The notes: generated from the sequence alone by a model not told the origin. Shown: positions 1-10,158, counted from the first letter of the stretch. The stretch: DNA of 64,000 nt from Phycisphaeraceae bacterium (GCA_963674705.1 OY771506.1:3968001-4032000); one strand, 5' to 3'. Made by a program: numbers and translations.

Positions 1-117
1 GTGGCCTGGCGGGTCGGTAAAGGCGCAGCGATCGGGCGATTATGGGGCTCGGTCGGCAAGGTCTTCATCGCGGCGCTGATGTGGCTGGTCGTCGCGGTCG
101 GTCTGGTCTGGGTCTGA
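1..117 (+). CDS. 3' end of a membrane protein (DUF456-like), partial
   Basis: Frame 1 reads VAWRVGKGAAIGRLWGSVGKVFIAALMWLVVAVGLVWV* with TGA at 115-117. The G-A-x-x-G-R-x-x-G motif and hydrophobic tail resemble DUF456 C-termini. Confidence 0.5.
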   Translation: MAWRVGKGAAIGRLWGSVGKVFIAALMWLVVAVGLVWV

Positions 118-282
118 GAAAATCCCTGTAACGTGCGTCTAAACGCATCTGAACGGCATCAGCATTGCAATTTCGCAATAAACCGCCATAATTAACCGTC
201 ATATAATATGTTGCATCGATAGCCGGGTGATTGGCCCAACAGCCTTATTGATACCGTTATCCCTCGTGTTGATTGCTGAACG

Positions 283-1890
283 ATGCTGAAGTTTCTGGTT
301 TTTGACAACGGCCGACCGGCTGAAGAATGGCCGTTACGCAACGCCTACCTCGTAGGCGCTGACGGCAGCGCGATCCGTGCGGATATCACCACCGAGCGCG
401 GCGCCATCATTTGTGAAAAACGTGAGTCCGGGCCGGCCGCCCTCTGCCTGCTGCATCCCATGGCAGACCTGGGTGAAATGTCCATCCAGACCTGTCTACT
501 GCCCGAACGGATCGAACCCTACATCCTCACTATCGAACTGGCTCGTCATCGGATGATGACGCTCTACTCCAAGCTCGAAGAGTGGACCATGTTCGACCTT
601 GAGCCGAACCACCCCGTCACCAAACGTGGCAACCAGGCCCGTGAGCACTTCATCCAATCGCTGTGCCTGCAGCAGGACGACCAGGTCAAAGCCTACGAAA
701 CCGCCCAGCGTGCCCTGATGCTCGCGCTTGATGCCAGTGAGGAGCTGGCCCTGGCGCATTCCCGGCTGCTGCTGGATCGACGTGTCGCAACAGGGGCGCT
801 TCCCAAGGCCCCGATAGGCTGCGGCGTCTGCCTGTCACATACCCACGAGAATCTGCGAACCGGTCTGGCGACCAACTTCGACTACATCCAGGTCCCCATG
901 CCCTGGAAGCAGCTATCCCCGCATGAAGGCGACCAGAAGTGGGAGCAGACCGACGACTGGGTCAACTGGATCGCACGATCGAAGGTCCCCGCGGTCGTCG
1001 GGCCGTTGATCAGCTTCGAGCCCAGCAACCTGCCGGACTGGCTCTACATCTGGGAACATGATTACGACACGGCACGCGACATGGTCTATGAACACGTCGA
1101 GCGCGTCGTCGAACGATACAAGGACCGCATCAGCGTCTGGAACGTCGTGTCCGGCCTGCATGTCAACAGCCACTTCACGTTCAATTTTGAACAGCTCATG
1201 GACCTGACGCGCATGACAACCATGCTCGTCAAGAAGCTGCAATCCAATGCGAAGGTGCTCATCGAGTTGCGTCAGCCGTTCGGCGAGTATTACGCCAACA
1301 ACCAGCGCTCGATCCCGCCGTTGATGTATGCCGATCTGATCGTGCAATCCGGTATCCAGTTCGACGCTTTCTGCATGCGGTTGCTGATGGGCCAGGCTGT
1401 TTCCGGTCAGTACACGCGCGACCTGATGCAAATCAGTCAGCTTCTGGATCAGTTCTCCATCTTTGACAAACCGCTTCATCTGACGATCGCCTCGCCCAGT
1501 TCGACGGTGACGCAGATGATGATCCCGACCTCGGAGACCGGCGAACCGATCGATCCGGTCAGTGGCCATTGGCGCAGGCCCTGGTCACAGCAGGTTCAAA
1601 GCCACTGGCTCGAAGCCGTCATGCAGGTCGCGGCCAGCAAGCCTTACATCGATGGTATCGCCTGGCAGGAACTGGCGGATCATCCGGATGTGGAATTGCC
1701 GCTCAGCGGTTTGCTCGATGATGAATTCATCCCCAAGGGGTCGCTACGCCGGATCATCGGTTTCCGTCGCAGCATCCTGACAGGGGCCGGCAACACTACC
1801 CCGAAACCGCCGGTCTCCGCTCCGCCGACGCCCGGTATAGTTTCTGACCCCGACGACGTCGCGGAGGTCAACAACGGCGAAGGTATCTAA
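283..1890 (+). CDS. GH10 (endo-xylanase)-like TIM-barrel protein, probably non-catalytic
   Basis: 535 aa. GH10-like segments (LPDWL, HVERVVERYKDRISVWNVV, KPLHLT) are present, but the catalytic NE and TE positions read SG and TI. Confidence 0.7.
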   Translation: MLKFLVFDNGRPAEEWPLRNAYLVGADGSAIRADITTERGAIICEKRESGPAALCLLHPMADLGEMSIQTCLLPERIEPYILTIELARHRMMTLYSKLEEWTMFDLEPNHPVTKRGNQAREHFIQSLCLQQDDQVKAYETAQRALMLALDASEELALAHSRLLLDRRVATGALPKAPIGCGVCLSHTHENLRTGLATNFDYIQVPMPWKQLSPHEGDQKWEQTDDWVNWIARSKVPAVVGPLISFEPSNLPDWLYIWEHDYDTARDMVYEHVERVVERYKDRISVWNVVSGLHVNSHFTFNFEQLMDLTRMTTMLVKKLQSNAKVLIELRQPFGEYYANNQRSIPPLMYADLIVQSGIQFDAFCMRLLMGQAVSGQYTRDLMQISQLLDQFSIFDKPLHLTIASPSSTVTQMMIPTSETGEPIDPVSGHWRRPWSQQVQSHWLEAVMQVAASKPYIDGIAWQELADHPDVELPLSGLLDDEFIPKGSLRRIIGFRRSILTGAGNTTPKPPVSAPPTPGIVSDPDDVAEVNNGEGI

Positions 1891-1911
1891 ACGATCCAAC
1901 CGGACAAGCTC

Positions 1912-2244
1912 ATGTCCGCTTCAACTCAAGCCTACCTGATCCTGCTCGCAACGTTCCTGCTTGTTGTTATTGCTTGGTTCGCCTCGCACCCTCAACCTCG
2001 GGCAACCGCTCCGTATTCAGTTCAACCGCTTGCGACCAACCTGAAGATCAACGTCAATCAAGACGACGCCGCAACTCTCTCGCTCTTACCCGGCATCGGC
2101 CCCGGCATCGCCGAGCATATCATCGAAGCAAGACATCACGGTGCTGTGTTCCACTCGCCGCAGGACCTGGAAGAAGTGAAGTTCATCGGCCCGAAAACCA
2201 TCCAACGTATTGATTCCTGGGTCACTTACTCGACCTCCAAATAA
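1912..2244 (+). CDS. ComEA-family helix-hairpin-helix DNA-binding protein
   Basis: N-terminal TM helix, ININ-like INVN motif, and HhH motifs LPGIGP and VKFIGPKT. Confidence 0.85.
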   Translation: MSASTQAYLILLATFLLVVIAWFASHPQPRATAPYSVQPLATNLKINVNQDDAATLSLLPGIGPGIAEHIIEARHHGAVFHSPQDLEEVKFIGPKTIQRIDSWVTYSTSK

Positions 2245-2398
2245 ACAACAATGTTGCGCGATATTAACGGCAGGTTGCGCATTCTTATCGTCAGACTTGG
2301 TGTACGATGTCTGCGAATGAAATTGCCATGTGCTTCGCTAGTGATGTAAACCGACATTTATCGAGCAGACATTTTCCACTCAATCTGGGAACCGTAAC

Positions 2399-3820
2399 AT
2401 GGGGGTACAACCAGCCGCCATAGTGCCATCTGCATCATCCTCTCGGCTTGTTGCTTTGGATTACTTCCGAGGGCTGACCATGGCCGCCATGCTGCTGGTC
2501 AACAATCCCGGCAACCGTCCCACCACCTACGGCCCGCTGCTGCATTCACACTGGAACGGCTGCACGCCCACGGACCTGATCTTCCCGTTTTTCTTGTTTA
2601 TCGTCGGCGCGGTGATTCCACTGGCCCTGACCCGCAGCGGTAACACGCTAACCAAACGCACGCAGTTCAATCATATCGCGACGCGGAGCCTTGCTTTGTT
2701 GCTGCTCGGTTCTTTCTTTTATGCCATCCCCAAACCAGCAGCAGCAGGCCCGTCGGCAGGAACGCTGATGAGTGTACTGCGTGTGGGGAGCAGCATGTTC
2801 TTGATCGCCGCATTCATTCTGCTTCTGTACCCCTGGAAACGTCGCCGCCTGACTTTAGCAATGCCGGTGATAGTCGCGGTTGTGTACGTCGTTTTGATCT
2901 CGATCATCTGGAACGTCAACAACCATGCGATAAGCAGCGGGGCAATCGGCGCCGACTACAACTTCGGCGGCGGCATGTGGGACCCGGCACATCAACGCTG
3001 GACAGGCATCCTCCAACGCATCGCGATCTGTTACTTCGTCACGGCCACACTTGTGTTATGCGTCGGATGGCGAAGCGTGGCTACGATCAGCGGTATGATC
3101 CTTACAGGCTATGCGCTTGTGGTTCTGGCCGTTCCCCATCCTTCACTCGTGCACCCGGATCAGATGGTATGCGGCGCACTCGATGCTGAGGACAACCTGG
3201 CCCGATACATCGACACAAATTTACTCGGTCCGCACCTTCGCCAACCGCTGGAAACCACCGGCCTGTTCGCCACTATCCCCGCCATCGCCAACACCATGCT
3301 GGGCGCGCTGATAGGTTACTGGCTGTTGACCGACAAGTCCCCAAACGAAAAATGTGCAGGCATGCTGGCTTTCGGCGTGCTGCTGGCTTTGACAGGCTAC
3401 GTACTCGATCCGCTTCTCATGCCGATGAACAAAGTGCTCTGGTCGTCGACTTATGTCCTGTACTCGGCAGGCCTGGCGATGCTCGGTCTTGGCACGTTCT
3501 ACTTTCTCAGCAACATTCATGACATTCATCGGCCGTTTGTCCCGCTGAAGTGGTTCGGTATGAACGCCATCCTCGCATACTGCATCGACCAGGTCGGTGG
3601 CACTTTGTTGGAGATTATTCCCTGTCACGGCTGGAGCGATCCGACCCAAACCACAACACTTGCCCGCTACCTGCGTGACGCCGTCGGCACACTCGGCCAA
3701 TACTGGCCTATAGGCGACCCGGCAAAGAACGCATCTTTGGCCTACGCCATCACATGGGTCATCGCCTGCGGCCTGATCCTCTGGATGCTGCACCGCCGCC
3801 GTATCTATCTGAAAATCTGA
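2399..3820 (+). CDS. Heparan-alpha-glucosaminide N-acetyltransferase (HGSNAT/NagX)-family membrane acyltransferase
   Basis: Motifs RLVALDYFRGLT, LVNNPG, LLHSHWNGCTPTDLIFPFFLFIVG, GILQRIAICY and MNKVLWSSTY; multiple TM helices. Confidence 0.88.
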   Translation: MGVQPAAIVPSASSSRLVALDYFRGLTMAAMLLVNNPGNRPTTYGPLLHSHWNGCTPTDLIFPFFLFIVGAVIPLALTRSGNTLTKRTQFNHIATRSLALLLLGSFFYAIPKPAAAGPSAGTLMSVLRVGSSMFLIAAFILLLYPWKRRRLTLAMPVIVAVVYVVLISIIWNVNNHAISSGAIGADYNFGGGMWDPAHQRWTGILQRIAICYFVTATLVLCVGWRSVATISGMILTGYALVVLAVPHPSLVHPDQMVCGALDAEDNLARYIDTNLLGPHLRQPLETTGLFATIPAIANTMLGALIGYWLLTDKSPNEKCAGMLAFGVLLALTGYVLDPLLMPMNKVLWSSTYVLYSAGLAMLGLGTFYFLSNIHDIHRPFVPLKWFGMNAILAYCIDQVGGTLLEIIPCHGWSDPTQTTTLARYLRDAVGTLGQYWPIGDPAKNASLAYAITWVIACGLILWMLHRRRIYLKI

Positions 3821-3962
3821 CCAACCATATAGCCAGACGATCATGGTCGGGTCTGAGTTTTTTATTGATAAAAGTCGATCCAAGAACATCGACTCGCCAT
3901 AATGGCCCGCAGTATCATGCTTGCAAGATCCCTGCCTAGCTACACTTAAACAAATATTTGTA

Positions 3963-3990
3963 TTGCACCTCACGGTGAATCTGATACAAT
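3963..3990 (+). promoter_or_regulatory. Candidate sigma70 promoter for the 4089 gene
   Basis: TTGCAC-N16-TACAAT in an AT-rich intergenic region. Confidence 0.4.
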
Positions 3991-4088
3991 CTGCTGAATC
4001 CTAAATACCGTTCTTAGTCCGGCGGCTCGTATTTTTTATACTCGCGATGCCGACTCCAGAAACGAATCGGCGTTGGTTGGAGGATTGA

Positions 4089-4931
4089 ATGTTGCGTTCT
4101 CTTGGCCGATTTTGCCTGACATCACTCCTGCTTACTCCGATATTTTGCTGTAACACGGCCCGCGCCGAACTGCTCTACGGTGTTCTTGATGGTTATGTGC
4201 TGGTGACCATCGATACGGATACACGCGCCGGTAATGTCGTCGGTACGCTGGGCGGTTTTTATGATGTGGGTGGCCTGACATTCGACAACAACGGCATCTT
4301 GTACGGCGTTTCTTCAGAAGGCCGATTACTTACGATCAACACCACCAATGGACATGGGACGCTTGTCGGCAACATCCCCGATCTACTGAGCTACTCCACC
4401 GGCCTGGCAAATGATCCCACCACCGACATGCTCTACGGGATCACCGCAGAAGGGGCGAGTGTCAGCAGCTATCTCGTCAAATACTCAAAAGCCAATGCCG
4501 CGGTCACGCCGATCGGTGATACTTCCGCCATTGCGATTGTCGGCCTGTCCTTCGATGCTACCGGCCAGCTATGGGGGATCGACGGCAGACCCGGTAACGA
4601 AGAACTGATCAAGATCAACAAGAACACCGGCGATTCAGCCGTGATCGGAACCGGCGGGCTTAGCGATTTGCCTTACATCGGCTCGCTCGCGATCGGAAAC
4701 GACGGCACGTTCTATGCCATCCATAACGGTGATGACGATCTGGAACTAGTTACCATTGATCCGGCTACCGGGACCCCGACCGTCCAAGGCGTAATCACCG
4801 GATTGGATATCGTTACCACCTATCAGGACATCGTCGGCCTGGCAGCAGCACCAATCCCCGAGCCCACCGCTGCAAGCCTTCTACTTTTGGGTAGCGTTGC
4901 CTGTTTGAGACGCAACACTCGACGTGCTTGA
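4089..4931 (+). CDS. Secreted beta-propeller-like repeat protein with PEP-CTERM sorting signal
   Basis: Signal peptide, repeated GLxFDxxGxLYG / LxTIDxxTG units, and C-terminal IPEPT + hydrophobic helix + RRNTRR. Confidence 0.8.
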   Translation: MLRSLGRFCLTSLLLTPIFCCNTARAELLYGVLDGYVLVTIDTDTRAGNVVGTLGGFYDVGGLTFDNNGILYGVSSEGRLLTINTTNGHGTLVGNIPDLLSYSTGLANDPTTDMLYGITAEGASVSSYLVKYSKANAAVTPIGDTSAIAIVGLSFDATGQLWGIDGRPGNEELIKINKNTGDSAVIGTGGLSDLPYIGSLAIGNDGTFYAIHNGDDDLELVTIDPATGTPTVQGVITGLDIVTTYQDIVGLAAAPIPEPTAASLLLLGSVACLRRNTRRA

Positions 4932-5032
4932 ATCAACCACTACCAACCCGCATATCCACATGCGCTAAATCAAGCGGGGCACAGTAGCACTACGTGCGAA
5001 CAAACCTGTAAACGGATTGGCAACAACCCGGA

Positions 5033-7894
5033 TCAGCAGCGACGTAGTACAACAACACAACCCAAGCCCAGGATCAGCAGCGAGGCCGGTTCCGGGATGG
5101 CAGCATATTCCGCAGGCGGCGTTCCGGTATTCCAGTTTGCTAGCACAATATCCAGATCGTCGATGCCGATATAGCCGTCACCGTTTATGTCAGCCACGGG
5201 ATTATTAGCCGAACTGGTATTCCAGTCAGCAAAGATGATGTCAAGATCAGCTATGCCCACAAAACCGTCACCGTTCAGATCGGCGATAGGATTGTTTGAC
5301 GTGCTGCTGTTCCACAAACTCAGCAAAATGTCGAGGTCATCTATGCCGATGTAGCCGTCAAGGTTCAGATCGGCTGCAGGATTAGATTCTGAACTTTTGT
5401 TCCAACTGGCAAGCAGGATGTCCAGGTCATCCAAACCAACGAAACCGTCACCATTTATATCCGCTGGCGGATGGACCAACCGCTTGGTATTCCAGTTACC
5501 AAGCAAAATGTCTATGTCCTGTAAACCGACAAAGCCATCACCGTCCAGATCGACAGCGGCTATGGATGGGGTGTTGGTGTTCCAGTTAGCAAGCAGGATG
5601 TCCAGGTCGTCGATCCCGACATAACCGTCGTCGTTTATATCACCGGGCAGGCTGCCGACGATAGCGTGATAGCTTGTCAGCAAATCGGCTGCGTCCAGAG
5701 CGTAGTTGTAGTAGTTGAGAATCGACAACTCACCTACAAACCCGCCGCCAGAGAACGGCAGATCGCCAGCACCACCGTTGGCGCCCAATCCACCACCCGC
5801 CATGTTTCCCAATCCAGCATCATCGAAACCGTCCCAGTCAATCTCATCCATGCCCAGTACACCGTACACGCGGGTCTGTAGCAAGCCGTTGAGATAAATA
5901 TCGACATAACGATCAGCCGGATTGTCTGAGAAGACCGCCGCTAACTGGATGAATTCCTCGGTAGGGTCGACATGAACATCGATGTCGGTAGTCACGGTCA
6001 GTGACTGTCCATCGAGCCCAAGTACGCGGAAGCGGATCTCATTGAACGTTCCATCATTATCCGCATCACCGAGTGTAAGTGAGAGACCAGACGTGCCGTC
6101 GCCTGATTCAAAGAGTATCTGCTCCCGGTCCAACGCATCCATACGGAGCCACATTTCCACACTCACGGAATGGTCGGCATCGTACTCATCGGGTGCACTC
6201 GGATCGGACACACGGAAGAACGTGTGAGACATCACATCGCTGCCATCAAAGTGAAATACTTTCGACGAGAGCCCGAGGGGCTGGCCTGATGTAATAGACA
6301 GCACCGGCTCACTGAGGTAACCGTCTCGCTGCCAGTTTTCACGGTTGTACTCATCCACATCAATCGTCGAACGCCACCTCGAGCTGTTGCTGCCCGGATT
6401 GCTGGCATCCCACTGCAATTGGATGGGCGCGGCCACATCGTAGGGAAGTGAAGCATCAACAGCGTCGAGCCACGCATCGAGCTTCGCGACCAATTCCGCT
6501 GCCTTGCTGGGCATGTCGTCGGCCAGGTTCAAGGGGGAATCCGGATCATCGCTTTCCGTCAGGCTTTGCGACAGATCGAACAGGAATATCTGGTCGGGTT
6601 GTCCGTATTCACCGTAGATCCTGACGAGTTTATAGTCGCCATCCCTGATGGCAGACGAGGGAACGCCGACTCTGCTGTAATGCGGATAGTGAAAGAACAG
6701 CTCGCCATTCGGCCCGTAAGCACGTGATAATGAATCCATCCCGTTGGGCAGGTTACCGTCGTTTTCCAGTATCGGTACAAGGCTGGTCCCCTCAACGCCG
6801 TCCGGCAACGGGGCTGTGATACCGGCCAGGTCCGCAATCGTCGGCAGGAAGTCATTCGATGTGACCGGTACATCACTGATCGTCCCCGCGGTGATTCCGG
6901 GTCCCTTAACGATCATCGGGACTTTTATCCCACCTTCCCAGAGTGTCGCCTTCCCGGAGAACAGCGGGGTGTTTACCGTGGTGTCTTGGGTTAACGTTCC
7001 GCCGTTATCCGAATAGAGTATCACGTAGGTGTTGTTGGCCAGACCTAACTCGTCCAGCTTATCCAGGATCATCCCGACGCCTGTATCCATTGCTTCGACA
7101 TACGCGGCATATTCAGGGTTGTCATGCCGTTCTCCGGGAGTCTTGGCCTCATACTTTGCAAGTGTTTCTGGCTCCGAATGAAGCGGAAGATGCACCGCGA
7201 AGTAAGACGCCTGTGCATAGAAAGGTGCACCGTCCGCCGCTCGTGCTTCCAGGAAGGTATTAATGCTATCGGAGATGGTGAAAGTTTTACCTGGGTCTTC
7301 TTCATCAGGCAGACCACCACCCGGCTGCCAGTAATCGTATCCCTGGCTGCTGAGGTCTGTAGCCTCCCGGTTAGTGGCAGTATTCAGGTGCCACTTATTC
7401 GTATGAGCAGCAAGGTAGTCTGGATAACTTGCCTTGAGCACTTCCGGGATGGTTACCTCTTCAGCGGGCAACTTGTCCAGTGGCAGGGGCGCTGTCAGGG
7501 GAAGTCCCTGATAGAACATCTGGAATCTGCTATCCGATGTATCACGCGATTCGGTGATATCGGTCATCTGCAGTTGAGCGGGGCTCTTGCCGGTCTGGAT
7601 CGACGCCCGTGTCGGTGAGCAGACGGGAGCGGCTGTATACGCATTGGAAAAGACCATGCCTTCGGTTGCCAGCTTTTCGAGCGTGGGTGTCTCGTGGTAA
7701 TCGCTTTTGGATTCGGGTACATCCGGATCGATCTGGATGGAGGTGTCGGTCCACCCCAGATCATCGACCAGGATAAACAGGAAGTTAGGCTGATCAGATG
7801 CCTGCGCATAGGCAACTGGACCGGTTACAAAAACCAGCCAGAGCAGGGCGGTTACAACAACACACCCGCGCCGGAAATACTTCAGCGACATCAT
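5033..7894 (-). CDS. S1 (formylglycine) sulfatase with LamG-like domain, six dockerin-type EF-hand repeats and PEP-CTERM
   Basis: Signal peptide; PNFLFILVDDLGW, CSPTRASIQTGK, KWHL, SDNGG and GKATLWEGG motifs; a LamG-like region (SVEMWLR...VDIYLNG); six DxNxDGxVGxxDLDIxLxxWN repeats; IPEPASLL...RR. Confidence 0.9.
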   Translation of the reverse strand: MMSLKYFRRGCVVVTALLWLVFVTGPVAYAQASDQPNFLFILVDDLGWTDTSIQIDPDVPESKSDYHETPTLEKLATEGMVFSNAYTAAPVCSPTRASIQTGKSPAQLQMTDITESRDTSDSRFQMFYQGLPLTAPLPLDKLPAEEVTIPEVLKASYPDYLAAHTNKWHLNTATNREATDLSSQGYDYWQPGGGLPDEEDPGKTFTISDSINTFLEARAADGAPFYAQASYFAVHLPLHSEPETLAKYEAKTPGERHDNPEYAAYVEAMDTGVGMILDKLDELGLANNTYVILYSDNGGTLTQDTTVNTPLFSGKATLWEGGIKVPMIVKGPGITAGTISDVPVTSNDFLPTIADLAGITAPLPDGVEGTSLVPILENDGNLPNGMDSLSRAYGPNGELFFHYPHYSRVGVPSSAIRDGDYKLVRIYGEYGQPDQIFLFDLSQSLTESDDPDSPLNLADDMPSKAAELVAKLDAWLDAVDASLPYDVAAPIQLQWDASNPGSNSSRWRSTIDVDEYNRENWQRDGYLSEPVLSITSGQPLGLSSKVFHFDGSDVMSHTFFRVSDPSAPDEYDADHSVSVEMWLRMDALDREQILFESGDGTSGLSLTLGDADNDGTFNEIRFRVLGLDGQSLTVTTDIDVHVDPTEEFIQLAAVFSDNPADRYVDIYLNGLLQTRVYGVLGMDEIDWDGFDDAGLGNMAGGGLGANGGAGDLPFSGGGFVGELSILNYYNYALDAADLLTSYHAIVGSLPGDINDDGYVGIDDLDILLANWNTNTPSIAAVDLDGDGFVGLQDIDILLGNWNTKRLVHPPADINGDGFVGLDDLDILLASWNKSSESNPAADLNLDGYIGIDDLDILLSLWNSSTSNNPIADLNGDGFVGIADLDIIFADWNTSSANNPVADINGDGYIGIDDLDIVLANWNTGTPPAEYAAIPEPASLLILGLGCVVVLRRC
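5129..5641 (-). repeat. Six tandem ~90-bp coding repeats (dockerin-like Ca-binding loops)
   Basis: Recurring ttccagtt...agcaggatgtccaggtc...ccgtc units on the + strand, matching the six peptide repeats. Confidence 0.85.
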
Positions 7895-8150
7895 ATGCCC
7901 CCTTGGAGTGCACTTATTTATTACGTAATAATAGTATATACCACTTTTTCTCAGAAGAAGCCATAAATAAAGATGTATTTAGCACAGATTAAACCCATGC
8001 TAGTCAAGCTGTTGGCATGGCTAGAACGCAAATGGATTGGCGATTTGGGCAAAATAGTGGATTGCGAAGAGCAGGGAAAAATCGTTTTATTGGATTTCTG
8101 CTACTTCATAAGGTTTTTCCGTTTGTCAACCGGCCTGATAAGCTTTTTGT

Positions 8151-8985
8151 ATGTCTGACCGGCCGAACGTCGTTTTAATATGCGTCGATCAATGGCGAGG
8201 TGACTGCCTGGGCATCGCGGGGCACCCGGTGGTCCGCTCGCCCTATCTGGACCACTTTGCTTCCAGTGGTACGTTTCAGCAGGGCCTATTCGGCATGTCC
8301 CTCCTGTATCCCCGCTCGGGCATCGCTGTATACCGGTCTGACTCCACAGTCGCACGGACGGGTCGGGTATCGAGACTGCGTACCGTGGAACTACCCCGTC
8401 ACGATTGCATCTTCATTCGCCGATCACGGCTACCACACACAGGCTGTCGGCAAGATGCACGTCTATCCCGAACGCAGCCTGCTTGGTTTCCACAATGTTG
8501 TTCTGCACGACGGGTATCTGCATGCGGCGCGACGGCGTGAGTATGACCTGCGCACCCGCGATGACTATCTTGCCTGGCTTCAAGAAAAACACGGGTCGGA
8601 TGCCGACTACTTCGAGCACGGCTTGAGCTGTAATGCTTACACCACTCGTCCATGGGACAAACCCGAATCACTGCACCCGACAAACTGAGTGGTATCGCAT
8701 ACGGGGCACTTCGGATCATCCCACTACATCACCGATGGCAAACACAAATACATCTGGTTCAGCCAAACGGGTCACGAACAATTGTTCGACCTGGCAACCG
8801 ACCCGAACGAACTGACCGACTTGGCCCGCACATCAGCAGGGGAGTCTTTGGTCTCTCGCTTCCGCGGATACCTGATTAAAGCATTGAAAGATCGCGAAGA
8901 GGGCTTCACGGACGGCCAAAAACTCATCCCAGGCCGGCCTGTGAAAGCGGTTCTATCTCATTTGAACAGTAACTCGCTGCATTAG
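8151..8985 (+). pseudogene. Arylsulfatase pseudogene (frameshift, nonsense codon, large internal deletion)
   Basis: The N-terminus (PNVVLICVDQWRGD) is in one frame, and CIPARASLYTG and GKMH are in another after about 8270. TGA at 8686-8688 sits where HPTN-W-VV would be expected and runs straight into the C-terminal KYIWFSQTGHEQLFDLATDPNE segment. Confidence 0.85.
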
Positions 8986-9010
8986 TCACATCGCCGCCTA
9001 TCGATAATAT

Positions 9011-9041
9011 AAAAGGCCGTGCCCAATGAAGGACACGGCCT
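9011..9041 (-). terminator. Intrinsic terminator after the bactofilin genes
   Basis: aggccgtg...cacggcct stem preceded by AAAA on the + strand (U-tract on minus). Confidence 0.6.
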
Positions 9042-9081
9042 CGAGATTTGCGCGAACAACTCTCGTACGTTGCGACTGCGG

Positions 9082-9600
9082 CTAGACCATGGGGCGGAAG
9101 CCCTTGGGGCTGACCGCAGCGATGCGCGGGATTAACTTCTTGGAAGGGCGTTCTGGCATGTGCCCGTTGTTCGGCCCGAGTCTGGGTTTGGGACGGATCG
9201 TGGCTTTGCCTCGTATTGTGGCACCATGCTCGATTACCAGGCTCTTGCCTGTCAGTTCGCCGACCGTCAGGCTGCCGCTGGTCAGGGTGATCTGTCCGTA
9301 GACGATCGCCTGGCCCTCGAATCGGCCTGTATTGGTGAACTTGCCGCAGACCAGCCGGCCGATCATCTCGCTGGGGCCGTCTAACTCGACGTGACCCATC
9401 GTAGAGACATCGCCTTCCATCCGCTGACGGAGGGTAAGGTCCTTGAACTCCAGCGGCCGGGTGCATGCAGGACAGCGCACCGACATCGCACGGCTCGAGA
9501 CTTCGAAAGCTCGACCGCAATGAGGGCACAACACCCTTCGCATGCTCCTCGGCGCCGGCTCACGGGGATGAATCGTGGCCAGGGCCGGTCGCAGTGGCAT
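9082..9600 (-). CDS. Bactofilin (polymer-forming cytoskeletal) protein with N-terminal zinc ribbon
   Basis: CPHC-x13-CPAC followed by beta-helix repeats (EGDVST.GHVEL, GELTGKSLVIEHGATIRG). Confidence 0.8.
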   Translation of the reverse strand: MPLRPALATIHPREPAPRSMRRVLCPHCGRAFEVSSRAMSVRCPACTRPLEFKDLTLRQRMEGDVSTMGHVELDGPSEMIGRLVCGKFTNTGRFEGQAIVYGQITLTSGSLTVGELTGKSLVIEHGATIRGKATIRPKPRLGPNNGHMPERPSKKLIPRIAAVSPKGFRPMV

Positions 9601-9621
9601 GGTGTGTGTATCCGCTGGGGT

Positions 9622-10158
9622 TTAGCCGATTCCGTTGCCGTTGCGTGAAGAAATCACCTTCGGACGACGACGCTGAAGGATCTGGTTCACCGAACCCGGC
9701 ATCGTCGTGACATGGCTCTCTTCATCCTGCTCCTCTTCGTGATGAGACTGGCTCATCGAGGGAGCAGGGCTGGAGAATGCCTGGCTGTTGTCGCCCTGGT
9801 TGAGGGCTTCCTTGGCAGCCTGGATGGCTTTAGGACCAACACAGACGTCGCCTTGGAAGGTTGCACCTTCGACAACGTTCAGCCGGCTGGTGTAGAGCTG
9901 GCCCACCAGCTGGGCGCCCGGCAGCAGCTCAACCGCGTCCTCAGCCACCACGTCCGCTTCGGCGTGGCCGGCCAGACGCAGGGCGCCGGCGATGATCATC
10001 CCCGAAACCTGGGACGATTCGCTCAGCTCCAGCGTGCCGCTGACTCGCAGCGTGCCAGTGAATTCACCCATAATCAGGGCGTCGTTGTCGAGCGCCAACT
10101 CACCGCTGATACGGCAGTCTGGGCCCAATACAGTCTTGCTTGTTCGCGCGTCGCTCAT
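9622..10158 (-). CDS. Bactofilin (polymer-forming cytoskeletal protein, CcmA family)
   Basis: TVLGPDCRISGEL...GQLYTSRLNVVEGATFQG. Start moved to ATG 10158, which follows an AAGGAG RBS. Confidence 0.85.
   Translation of the reverse strand: MSDARTSKTVLGPDCRISGELALDNDALIMGEFTGTLRVSGTLELSESSQVSGMIIAGALRLAGHAEADVVAEDAVELLPGAQLVGQLYTSRLNVVEGATFQGDVCVGPKAIQAAKEALNQGDNSQAFSSPAPSMSQSHHEEEQDEESHVTTMPGSVNQILQRRRPKVISSRNGNGIG

Noticed and set aside
1912..2244. ComEA plus ComF as evidence of a competence locus
   Set aside because: The genes are about 56 kb apart, both families are widespread, and no comEC or pilus genes are in the window.
8686..8688. TGA read-through or recoding (Trp or Sec) in the sulfatase
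   Set aside because: Other genes here use TGA as a normal stop, and the same gene also has a frameshift and a deletion, so simple decay explains it.
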